NCBI GenBank assembly: GCA_965197395.1
Contig: OZ240205.1
Location: 1,501,524-1,565,523, forward strand
Direction of reading: 5' to 3'
DNA length: 64,000 bases
DNA from: Vicinamibacterales bacterium
GTDB lineage: Bacteria; Acidobacteriota; Vicinamibacteria; Vicinamibacterales; UBA8438
Below, piece after piece: positions 54,213 through 62,668 of this stretch; positions within the stretch are counted from its first letter, which is position 1; every line of letters begins with the position of its first letter. The notes under the pieces are model-generated. The model had not been told where the DNA came from. It made no database searches and saw only the letters and a program-made list of their open reading frames with translations. The position numbers were made by a program, and so were the translations under genes.

Positions 54213-55514
54213 CTACCTCATCCTACCCGGCAGCCACAGTGCGATTGCCGGGAACGCGATCACCAGCGCGATCACGATGAGCTGCCCAACCACGAACGGG
54301 AGCACGCCCATGAAGATGTCACCCATCGGCACCTCGGGCGCCGTCCGCCGCATGACGAAGACGTTGGCGCCGATGGGTGGCGTCACGAGGGCAACCTCGG
54401 CCATCATCACCGCGAAGACGCCGAACCAAACCGGGTGGATCCCGAGCTCACCCACCACGGGCATCACGAACGGGATCGTCAGCACCAACATCCCAAAAAC
54501 GTCGACCATCGCGCCCAGCACCAGGTAGAGCAGCACGAGGAGCAGCAGGAACGACACTCTTCCGAGCTCCAGCCCGACCAGCATCGCTACCAGGTCCTCG
54601 GTGATACCGGTGATCGCAAGGAAGCGCGCCACGAGATAGCCGCCGACAATGATCGCGAAGATCATGGCGCTGACCAGGGCGGTCTCTTCGAGCGCCTTGG
54701 CCATGGCCCGCTTCGTCACGCGGCGCCGGATGGCGGCCGTGAGCAACACGCCCGTGCACCCCACCCCCGCCGCTTCGGTGGGCGTGAAGATGCCCCCGTA
54801 GATGCCCCCGATCACCAGGAAGAACAATGCCAGGATCGGCAGAAGGCCCATCGTCGACGCCCATCGCTCGCCCCAGGTGGCTCCGGGCCCGGGCGGCCCA
54901 AGCGACGGAGTCACGAGGCACCGGATCAAGATGATCGCCGAGAACATCGCGGCGGTCAGAATGCCCGGGACGATGCCGGCGATGAAGAGCGCGCCGATGG
55001 ACGTTTCGGTCATCACCCCGTAGAAGATGAAGATGAGACTGGGCGGGATGAGAATGCCGAGCGTGCCCGACGCGGCGAGCGCGCCCGTCGCCAGGCGCGG
55101 ATGGTACTTGTAGCGCCGCATCTCGGGCATCACGATCGCCCCCATGGTCGCCACGGTTGCGATGCTCGAGCCGGTCACCGCGCCGAACGCGCCGCAGGCG
55201 ACCACCGACGTGATCGCCATGCCGCCCGGCACCTTGCTGATCCAGGTGCGGACGCCGTCATAGAGATCCGACGCGAGGCCCATGTGGAAGACGAGCTGTC
55301 CCATCAGGACGAAGAGCGGAATGGTGACGAGGACGAAGCTGCGTCCCTCGTCCCATGGGATGAGCAGCGTGTGGGCCAGCGCCGGGCCGGGTCCTTCCAG
55401 GATCCAGAGGCCGACGGCCCCGGTCACCGCCATCGCAACAGCGATGGGGACTCCGAGGACGAGGAGCACGAGCATCGCGATGACGCCGATGAGACCGGCG
55501 AGCGTGAGGCTCAC
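54213..55514 (-). CDS. TRAP transporter large permease (DctM family)
   Basis: It is a 433-aa polytopic membrane protein. 'IPLFVLMGQL' and 'GILIPPSLIFIFYG' are typical DctM blocks. There is a 4-nt overlap with the upstream small permease. Confidence 0.85.
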   Translation of the reverse strand: MSLTLAGLIGVIAMLVLLVLGVPIAVAMAVTGAVGLWILEGPGPALAHTLLIPWDEGRSFVLVTIPLFVLMGQLVFHMGLASDLYDGVRTWISKVPGGMAITSVVACGAFGAVTGSSIATVATMGAIVMPEMRRYKYHPRLATGALAASGTLGILIPPSLIFIFYGVMTETSIGALFIAGIVPGILTAAMFSAIILIRCLVTPSLGPPGPGATWGERWASTMGLLPILALFFLVIGGIYGGIFTPTEAAGVGCTGVLLTAAIRRRVTKRAMAKALEETALVSAMIFAIIVGGYLVARFLAITGITEDLVAMLVGLELGRVSFLLLLVLLYLVLGAMVDVFGMLVLTIPFVMPVVGELGIHPVWFGVFAVMMAEVALVTPPIGANVFVMRRTAPEVPMGDIFMGVLPFVVGQLIVIALVIAFPAIALWLPGRMR

Positions 55515-56116
55515 GACGCCGCGTCGTCCCCGGCTGCCCGGTCACGCGCGGACGCCACGGCACCCGTGACGTCTCCGCCGTCCAGCGCGCCGGACGCGGG
55601 TGGCCGGTCGGGCTCCACGCCCGCGGGGTTCGCGAACACCCGCGCGACCATCACCAGCGCGCAGACCGACAGGAAGCCCATGAACGGCCACAGCGGCACG
55701 TCGAGATCCTCACCGGTCTCCCGCGCCTGGATCATGAAGGGCACGAAGCGCGCTCCCTGCACGGCCATCAACCCGAAGACGATGATCCCGGCCACCGACG
55801 TCAGCACGTCCACTGCCCGTCGGCGCGCGCCGGACAACCGCAGATAGAAGACCTCCATACGAATGTGATACGCGCGGTCCCACGCGTGCGGGAGCGCGCA
55901 GAAGACCGTCATCAGCAGGAGGAGCCCGTTGGCGTCGCGCCCCCACTGCAGCGGCGCGTTGAACACGTAGCGCAGGGCTACGTCCAGCGTGACCAGCACG
56001 ACCAGCGCCGGCATCGTGACGTAGATGCCGAGCTTGAAGAGCCGGATGGCCGCCTTCTCCGACCAGCGATCGACGTGCTCGGCCGCCACGTCGAGCCAGG
56101 CCACCGGTCCGGTCAT
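55511..56116 (-). CDS. TRAP transporter small permease (DctQ family)
   Basis: It has four TM helices and sits between the DctP-like and DctM-like genes. The C-terminal tail is unusually long. Confidence 0.7.
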   Translation of the reverse strand: MTGPVAWLDVAAEHVDRWSEKAAIRLFKLGIYVTMPALVVLVTLDVALRYVFNAPLQWGRDANGLLLLMTVFCALPHAWDRAYHIRMEVFYLRLSGARRRAVDVLTSVAGIIVFGLMAVQGARFVPFMIQARETGEDLDVPLWPFMGFLSVCALVMVARVFANPAGVEPDRPPASGALDGGDVTGAVASARDRAAGDDAAS

Positions 56117-56143
56117 GCTCTCCGTTGCCCTCCTCCCGGCTCG

Positions 56144-57265
56144 CTACAGATCGATGATGCCCTGGACCGGATGCGCGGATATGTGGTCCCAGAGCTCCTG
56201 GTCCGTCCACCCTGCGTACGCCGCCGCGCGCTCCTTCGCCTCGCGAACGAAGGCGGCAGCGGGGAGACCGAGCCGCTCGTTCTCCTCGATGAAGCGCCCT
56301 TCCAGCGGCTCGACCGCGTCCACCCACGCCTGGCGCTCCGCCGGTGTCGGCTCCACCGTCTCGACGCCCCCCGCGGTCATCGTCTCGATGGCGCTCACCA
56401 CCGACGCCCCACCGTAGTAGTTGGCGTGGGCCACCTGTCCACGCAGGCGAAAGAGGTTGTAGAGCGGGACGCGAAGGTCGGCGGGCAGACCGTCGAAGGT
56501 GCGCGGATTCAGACAGTACTGGATGACCGTGTGCGTGAGTCGGATCGGCAGATAGTAGCGACCGGTCTCATAGAGCCGATAGGCTGCCATATCCGCGACG
56601 CCCACCGCGACCGCGTCGATGATGCCTCGTTGAAAGGCCGTGTAGGTCTCGGCCGCCGCCAGGACGACGGGAATCGCACCCACCTGCCGGAGAATCTCGG
56701 CCATGAGCCCGCCGGTCGACCGGACCTTGAGTCCGCGAATGTCGTCGGGCGTGCGGATCGGAATCTTCGAGAGGATGTCGTAGGCCGTCGTCGAATCGCA
56801 GTGGGCGAGATAGACGCCCATCCGCTCGTATTCGCCCTTGAGGTACTCGGGATACAGCTCCTCGGACACCAGCGCGGCGACGGCCGGGTTCGGAAAGAGG
56901 AACGGCAACTGGAGCCCGTGGGTCAACTGAAAGCTCCCCGGCTGGTATGTGGCGTATGCGTGTGTGTAATCGGTGACGTCCGCGGCCACGGCTTTGAACC
57001 CGTCGAGCGCCCCGTGCAACAGACCGTCGACGAAGTGCTCCCAGCGGATCCGTCCGCCCGTCCGTTCCGTGACGATGTCCACCCACGGCAGAAACACCTT
57101 GCCGTAGAGGCCGTGGGAGTTGGGGACATGCGCCGTATAGCGCAGCAGCACCGAGCCATCCGCACCGCCCCGCTCGCCGCGCACGAAGGGGGCGACGGCC
57201 CCGACTCCTAGCAGAGAGGCCAACACGCGTCGTCGGCTCCAGGTGGTCGCCGCGTTCGTGGTCAT
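56144..57265 (-). CDS. TRAP transporter substrate-binding protein (DctP family) with Tat-like signal
   Basis: 'WSRRRVLASLLGVGAVAPF' is a Tat-like signal. The protein is DctP-sized (373 aa) and is the first gene of the TRAP operon. Confidence 0.75.
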   Translation of the reverse strand: MTTNAATTWSRRRVLASLLGVGAVAPFVRGERGGADGSVLLRYTAHVPNSHGLYGKVFLPWVDIVTERTGGRIRWEHFVDGLLHGALDGFKAVAADVTDYTHAYATYQPGSFQLTHGLQLPFLFPNPAVAALVSEELYPEYLKGEYERMGVYLAHCDSTTAYDILSKIPIRTPDDIRGLKVRSTGGLMAEILRQVGAIPVVLAAAETYTAFQRGIIDAVAVGVADMAAYRLYETGRYYLPIRLTHTVIQYCLNPRTFDGLPADLRVPLYNLFRLRGQVAHANYYGGASVVSAIETMTAGGVETVEPTPAERQAWVDAVEPLEGRFIEENERLGLPAAAFVREAKERAAAYAGWTDQELWDHISAHPVQGIIDL

Positions 57266-57342
57266 GAGCTCGTCGTTTCGATCGGGTGGATCAAACGCGA
57301 AGTCTCCGTCATTCTAGTGCCCTGGCGACGATCGCTGCCCAT

Positions 57343-57392
57343 GTAGCGCGAGGCTTTAGCCTCGCCTGGCAGGCCTGAAGGCCTGCCCTACG
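57343..57392 (+). repeat. Composite REP-like palindrome, copy 3
   Basis: The sequence is 'gtagc gcgaggc-ttta-gcctcgc ctg gcaggcc-tgaa-ggcctgc cctacgg'. It lies in a divergent intergenic region. Confidence 0.75.
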
Positions 57393-57443
57393 GATGCAAC
57401 GCACGTGAGCCCCCGGGGCTCAAGGCCTGGGAGGGACGGTCGC

Positions 57444-58994
57444 ATGAAGTTGACACGCCGGGCGGCGCTCGGCCTCATCGGGGCCGGCGCGGCCACGCCA
57501 TTCCTCGCGTCCTGCGGCATCGACGAGCCGACCGCCGGCGCGCCGTCAGATGTCGCACCGATGCAGAGCGAGTCGTTCCACTACATGAGCTTGCGCGACG
57601 TCGCACGCCTGATCGAAGCGCGCGAGCTCTCGCCGGTTACGCTGACCGAGACGATGCTCGATCGGATCGCCGCGGTCGACGGACGGCTCAAGAGCTACGC
57701 GACCGTCATGGCCGACGACGCGCTGGCCGCGGCGCGTGTCGCGGAGTCGGAGATCCAGGGCGGGCGCTACCGCGGCCCGCTGCACGGTGTCCCGATCGCC
57801 GTCAAAGACCTCTGCTACACCCGAGGCGTGCGCACCATGGGCGCGCTCGCCGTCCTGGCCGACTTCGTCCCCGAGTACGACGCGACGGTGGTCGCCAGGC
57901 TCGCCGATGCCGGCGCCGTCCTCCTCGGCAAGCTCAATCTGACAGAAGGCGCGATGGCCGGCTACCACCCGGACTTCGACATCCCCGTCAATCCCTGGGA
58001 CGCGGGTCTGTGGACCGGCGTCTCGTCGAGTGGCTCCGGCGTGGCCACGGCGGCCGGCCTCTGCTTCGGCTCGCTCGGCTCGGACACCGGCGGATCGATC
58101 CGGTTTCCATCGGCTCAGTGCGGCCTTGTCGGCCTGAAACCGACGTGGGGCCGCGTCAGCCGCTACGGCGTGCTCGAGCTCGCGGGATCGCTCGACCACA
58201 TCGGACCGATGACGCGGAGCGTCGCCGATGCCGCGATCATGCTCGAGGCGATTGCCGGCGTCGACGCGAACGACGCGACGACGCTCGACGCACCGGTGCC
58301 CCCGCTGCTCGCAACGCTCGATGGCAACGTGGCCGGGATGCGGCTTGGGTTCGATAGGCGGTACGCCTCGGAAGGCGTCGACCCCGAGGTGGCCGCAGCC
58401 GTGGAAACGGCCCTCGCCGTGCTGACCGGGCTGGGTGCCGAGGTCGTCGATGTCGAGATGCCCGAGGCGCCCTTCGCCGACTGGGGCACCATCTGTTCGT
58501 ATGAGGCCGCCCGGGCACACGCGGCGACCTACCCCAGCCGCGCGGACGAGTACGGTCTGTACTTTGGACAGTTCCTGGAGAACGGTGTGCAGGTCAGCGA
58601 CGAGGTGTACGCCGAGGCGAACGGACGACGCGCAGTGTTCACCGAGCGGTTCGAGGCGATGCTATCGACCGTCGACGCGCTCGTCTGCCCGTCCAACGTC
58701 ACGGCGATCCCGGTCATCGACGGCATGGGCTACGACACCATCGCGGCCTTCGGCCAGGCGCTGGCCTCGATCGCGGAGCGGTTCGATCCGCCGCTTGGCA
58801 GCATCCAGCTCTTCACGGCGCCGGCCGACTTCGCCGGTACGCCGACGATCTCCCTGCCGTGTGGTTTCTCGGCGGCGGGTGCGCCCCACAGCCTCCAGCT
58901 GGTCGGCCGCGACCTGAGCGAGCCGACGCTCTGCCGGCTCGCTCACGCCTACGAGCAGGCCACGGACTGGCACACGCGGCATCCGGACGTCTGA
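57444..58994 (+). CDS. Amidase (amidase-signature family), exported lipoprotein-like
   Basis: The N-terminus is 'MKLTRRAALGLIGAGAATPFLASCG'. The AS signature is 'GVSSSGSGVATAAGLCFGSLGSDTGGSIRFPS'. An RBS 'gggagggacgg' precedes ATG 57444. Confidence 0.85.
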   Translation: MKLTRRAALGLIGAGAATPFLASCGIDEPTAGAPSDVAPMQSESFHYMSLRDVARLIEARELSPVTLTETMLDRIAAVDGRLKSYATVMADDALAAARVAESEIQGGRYRGPLHGVPIAVKDLCYTRGVRTMGALAVLADFVPEYDATVVARLADAGAVLLGKLNLTEGAMAGYHPDFDIPVNPWDAGLWTGVSSSGSGVATAAGLCFGSLGSDTGGSIRFPSAQCGLVGLKPTWGRVSRYGVLELAGSLDHIGPMTRSVADAAIMLEAIAGVDANDATTLDAPVPPLLATLDGNVAGMRLGFDRRYASEGVDPEVAAAVETALAVLTGLGAEVVDVEMPEAPFADWGTICSYEAARAHAATYPSRADEYGLYFGQFLENGVQVSDEVYAEANGRRAVFTERFEAMLSTVDALVCPSNVTAIPVIDGMGYDTIAAFGQALASIAERFDPPLGSIQLFTAPADFAGTPTISLPCGFSAAGAPHSLQLVGRDLSEPTLCRLAHAYEQATDWHTRHPDV

Positions 58995-59072
58995 GTCCAC
59001 TTCCCGACGAGAGACGCGACAGGGGTGGCCGCATAGGCCGACGACACCTCCCGGAGCCACTCTCGCGGGCAG

Positions 59073-59471
59073 TCAGGCGAGTGTCTTCGCGAGTGCTGCG
59101 TCGACGATTCTGCGGTCCTGGGTCAAGAGCGTCGCGCCGAGGACACGGGCGGTGGCTACCAGGATCCGGTCGGCCGGGTCGCGGTGAAACGCGTCGGGTA
59201 GGGTCGCCACGTCCGCCGCGATCGCCGGTGAAATGCCCTGCCGCTGCACCAGCGGTGGCGCCACAGCCTTACCCAACCATTCCCGCAAGGGGATCGTGAG
59301 GCGGATGCGCCCAAGACTGTGCAGCATCGCCACCTCCCAGAGCGAGATATCTGAGACGAGGAGTGGGGCAGTGGCGTCCGCTCGATCGACCGCCTGCCGC
59401 TGATCGGTTGAGAGTCGGTCCGGTTCGCCGAGCCACCAGATGAGGATGTGAGTGTCGAGCAGCAGGCTCAT
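59073..59471 (-). CDS. vapC: Type II toxin VapC (PIN domain)
   Basis: The N-terminus 'MSLLLDTHILIWWLGEPDRLS' and 'PADRILVATARVLGATLLTQD' are present. There is a 4-nt overlap with the upstream antitoxin. Confidence 0.85.
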   Translation of the reverse strand: MSLLLDTHILIWWLGEPDRLSTDQRQAVDRADATAPLLVSDISLWEVAMLHSLGRIRLTIPLREWLGKAVAPPLVQRQGISPAIAADVATLPDAFHRDPADRILVATARVLGATLLTQDRRIVDAALAKTLA

Positions 59472-59704
59472 CGAAGGGTCTCCCAGTCTTCCTCCGGCAC
59501 GACGGGATCGACGATGTTGCCTACCACGGTGACGCTTCCGCGCAGGCCCGACTGCGGGAACCGACCCTCCGTCTGACTTGCTGGTAGCAACTCCGCTACG
59601 GGCTGGCCGCGTTTCAGGATGACAACGCGCTCACCGGTTGCCTGGACGCGATCGAGAATCGCTAGACATCGCGCTTTGAAGTCGGACGCGTTTATCCTCT
59701 CCAT
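59468..59704 (-). CDS. Type II antitoxin, Phd/YefM family
   Basis: 'INASDFKARCLAILDRVQATGERVVILKRGQPVAELLP' is the typical Phd/YefM N-terminus. Confidence 0.8.
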   Translation of the reverse strand: MERINASDFKARCLAILDRVQATGERVVILKRGQPVAELLPASQTEGRFPQSGLRGSVTVVGNIVDPVVPEEDWETLR

Positions 59705-59729
59705 ATGACTAGTCTATACGACCAGTCAT
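59705..59729. promoter_or_regulatory. 10-5-10 palindrome abutting the antitoxin start codon (candidate TA operator/promoter)
   Basis: 'atgactagtc tatac gaccagtcat' has arms complementary at 9 of 10 positions. On the coding strand it carries a TATAGA hexamer 8 nt before the ATG. Confidence 0.5.
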
Positions 59730-59866
59730 TTAGGAACCCGCGATCTGGTGGCAGAAAAGGGCGTGTCGCGCGGCTACCGTGCTCTGCTGGTTCTCTGCAA
59801 CTGCGGCGTGGAGACTCGTGGCGGCGGGGCGGGAGACGGGTTCTGGGTGCGGCGAACGCCCGAGGC

Positions 59867-61318
59867 TCAGCGGTCGACGGTGTCGTCGGACCAGTCTGAG
59901 ATGGTGTTGTCGGGGCCGGAGACGAGCGTCGCGTCGGCGCCCAGCTCGAGCAGCAGGGTCTCCATCTCGGGCCAGCGCTTGCCGGTGTTCGAGTAAAAGA
60001 CGCCCTTCGCGATGCGGAGAGGCGTCCAGCCCTTTTCGTTCACAGCGTCGATGTCGGCGCCGCGGTCGAGGAGAAAGCGCACGAGCGGCTCGGAGCCGCG
60101 AATGACGGCGCCGTGCAGCGCGCTGTCGCCGTTGTCATCGACAGCGGTCACGTCGCCACCGAGCTCCAGCGCGTATCGGATGGCATCGAGCGCCTCCGCG
60201 TTCGTGCCGGGGCTCTCTCCCACCGCCCAGATGCCGACACCGGCCGCGACCATGAGCGGCGTGGTGCCGTCCTCGTTCGGCAAGAGCGGGTCCGCACCGA
60301 GCTCGACCAGCAGACGCATCATCTCGACGTCGGCCGCCTTGGCCGCCAGCAGGAACGGCGTCGAGCCGATGCGATTCAAGACGTTGCGGTAGCGGTTGTT
60401 CGGCTCCTTCGTCTGGCGGGCGTCGAGATCGGCGCCGTGCGCGGCCAGTGTTCGGATGAACTCGAGGCCGCTCATCCTGCCGGTTATGATCGGCGGCGGG
60501 TTGTTGAACCCGAGGTTGGGTCGGCGGGTCCACTTCACCTCGTGGAGCGCCGTCCATCCCTGGTCATCAGCGTTCGGGTCGGCGCCCGCCTCGAGCAACA
60601 TCGCGCCGAGATCGTAGTGGGCGTTCTTGGCGGCGAGCACGAGCGCGCTGGTCCCATCCAGCAGTGTTTCCTCGGGGCTGGCGCCGGCATCGAGCAGCAC
60701 GCGCGCCATCTCGTCATAGCCCGCGCGGACGGCGAACATGAGTGGTGAGAAGCCGCCGCTGGAGCGCGCGTGGACGTCGGCGCCGCGGTGGAGCAGCGCC
60801 TCGACTGCGCCGAGGTTGTTCTCCGCCACCGCCCACATCAGCGCGGTTTGGCCGCGCCAGCCCTCGCGGGCGTTCGCGTCGGCGCCGTGGTCCAGCAACA
60901 GGCGCACGGCTTCGACCACACCGGTACGTGCCGCAGTCATCAGCGCGGTCTCGCCTTCCGGTCCCGTCGAGTTCGGGTCCGCCCCGGCCTCGAGCAGCGC
61001 CTCGATGACCGCCGTGCCACCGCTCTCACACGCGAGCGCCAGCGGCGTGACCCCGAGTCGATTGGCCGCATCGACGGTTGCGTCCGCGCGAAGCAACAGA
61101 GTGGTCGTCTCGAGATCGCCGTGATGCGCGGCCCAGTGGAGGGCCGTCGTGCCGTCGGCGTCGCCGCTGTTGACGTCGACGCGCTCGGCGATCAGCGCCG
61201 AGACACGTGTGGCGTCGCCGTTCCGCACCGCGTCGATCAAGGGGATATCGCGTTCGGCAGCCCCGAGGCATAGGACCGCAAGCGCGGCGACGAATAACGA
61301 GCGTCTCGAGCCGCTCAC
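59867..61318 (-). CDS. Secreted ankyrin-repeat protein (cassette copy C)
   Basis: The N-terminus is 'MSGSRRSLFVAALAVLCLGAAE'. It is collinear with, and roughly 60% identical by eye to, the 38132..39607 protein, including the non-ANK insert 'WTALHEVKWTRRPNLGFNNPPP'. The GTG start directly follows the DUF1552 stop. Confidence 0.85.
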   Translation of the reverse strand: MSGSRRSLFVAALAVLCLGAAERDIPLIDAVRNGDATRVSALIAERVDVNSGDADGTTALHWAAHHGDLETTTLLLRADATVDAANRLGVTPLALACESGGTAVIEALLEAGADPNSTGPEGETALMTAARTGVVEAVRLLLDHGADANAREGWRGQTALMWAVAENNLGAVEALLHRGADVHARSSGGFSPLMFAVRAGYDEMARVLLDAGASPEETLLDGTSALVLAAKNAHYDLGAMLLEAGADPNADDQGWTALHEVKWTRRPNLGFNNPPPIITGRMSGLEFIRTLAAHGADLDARQTKEPNNRYRNVLNRIGSTPFLLAAKAADVEMMRLLVELGADPLLPNEDGTTPLMVAAGVGIWAVGESPGTNAEALDAIRYALELGGDVTAVDDNGDSALHGAVIRGSEPLVRFLLDRGADIDAVNEKGWTPLRIAKGVFYSNTGKRWPEMETLLLELGADATLVSGPDNTISDWSDDTVDR

Positions 61319-62668
61319 TTACACATCCGTCAATGCGGTCAGCCTGCCGGTGCTGTCACCGAACTGGTCCCCCGGCAGACCCGCTTTGTCGAGCATGCTG
61401 ATGAGCAGGTTCGTCATCGGCGTGTCCTTCGGGTACCGCAGATGTCGCCCACCGCGCCATCCGGTCCCCTTGCCGCCGACGACCGCCACGGGAAGGTCGT
61501 AGTGCAAGTGGTCGTTGCTGTCACCGAGCCCACCCGCGTACAGCACGAGCGAGCGGTCGAGCAGCGTCCCGTCGCCGTCGGGCGTCGTCTGGAGCTGATG
61601 GAGGAAGTGGGTGAACAGCTCGACGTGGTGCGTGTTGATCTTCGTCAGCTTCGCGAGCTTCTCCGGGTCGTTGCGGTGATGCGACAGCCCGTGGTGCGGG
61701 TCGGGCACGCCGATCTGCGGGTAGGGCCTACCGCCCAGCTCGCGGCCGACCATGAACGTGAAGACCCGCGTGAGGTCGGCCTGAAACGCCAGCGCCAGCA
61801 GGTCGTACATCAGCGTGACGTGCTCCTCGTACGAGTCGGGAATTCCTGCGGGACGCGCCAGGTTCTCCGGCAGCGCCGAATCGGCGCCCTGTGCCTCGGA
61901 CAGCTGGATGCGCTGCTCGATGGCACGCACCGCATCGAGATACTGATCCACACGCCGGCGATCGGCCGCGCCGAGATCTCGTTCCAGATGTGCCAGGTCG
62001 TCCGTGACCGAATCGAGGATGCTGCGGTCCTTGCGCATCTCAGCGAGTCGTTGCTCGCGCGTCCCGCCGTCGCCAAAGAGGCGCTCGAACACCACCCGCG
62101 GGTTGTTCTCGTTCGGCAACGGTGTCGTCGGTGTCCGCCACGAGACCGTGTTCATGTAGGCGCAGCTGTAGCCGTTCTCGCAGTTGCCGACGAGAAAGTC
62201 GAGGTCGATCGCCAGCTCGAGCGAGGGGAGCGGCGTGTCCGCGCCAAGGTGCGCGGCCGCGAGCTGGTCCGCGGTGACGCCGGCCTGTACGTCCGCGCCC
62301 TCCGTGTGTTTCGGGTGCACCCCGTTCAGCCAGACCGCCGTAGCGCGCGAGTGCTCGCCGTTCCCGTCGCCAAGCGGTTCGGCCTGCCCGTGCGCGAGCC
62401 GCGTCAACACCACCGTCTGATCCTTGTAGGGCGCGAGCGGGCTCAGCGTCGGCGAGAGCTCGAGGGGCCCTTCGCTCTTCGGCGTCCACGACTGCATCAC
62501 CGCGCCGTTCGGCAGGTAGATGAAACCGAGGCGCTTGACCGGCTTGGCCGCCGTCGCCGCCAGCGCAGTCAACGCGGGCACCATCGCGTCGAGCAGCGGC
62601 AACGCCACCGTCGCGCCCACGCCGCGCAGGAAGGTACGGCGCGGTAGCGAGAGTTTCTTGATCATCAT
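61319..62668 (-). CDS. DUF1552 domain-containing protein with twin-arginine signal (cassette copy C)
   Basis: The N-terminus is 'MMIKKLSLPRRTFLRGVGATVALPLLDAM'. It is a close paralog of 39707..41062 and has an ATGA overlap with the upstream gene. Confidence 0.85.
   Translation of the reverse strand: MMIKKLSLPRRTFLRGVGATVALPLLDAMVPALTALAATAAKPVKRLGFIYLPNGAVMQSWTPKSEGPLELSPTLSPLAPYKDQTVVLTRLAHGQAEPLGDGNGEHSRATAVWLNGVHPKHTEGADVQAGVTADQLAAAHLGADTPLPSLELAIDLDFLVGNCENGYSCAYMNTVSWRTPTTPLPNENNPRVVFERLFGDGGTREQRLAEMRKDRSILDSVTDDLAHLERDLGAADRRRVDQYLDAVRAIEQRIQLSEAQGADSALPENLARPAGIPDSYEEHVTLMYDLLALAFQADLTRVFTFMVGRELGGRPYPQIGVPDPHHGLSHHRNDPEKLAKLTKINTHHVELFTHFLHQLQTTPDGDGTLLDRSLVLYAGGLGDSNDHLHYDLPVAVVGGKGTGWRGGRHLRYPKDTPMTNLLISMLDKAGLPGDQFGDSTGRLTALTDV

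Noticed and set aside
31411-62647. Many long antisense or alternative-frame ORFs: 31411..32496, 33700..35772, 36766..38046, 38246..39889, 39896..40996, 43781..44911, 47240..48649, 50119..51015, 51384..52139, 54435..55847, 55865..57211, 57546..58520, 60113..60748, 61442..62647
   Set aside because: All overlap a motif-bearing gene on the other strand or in another frame. All have extreme Arg/Pro/Gly/His composition, which is expected from stop-codon depletion in high-GC sequence.
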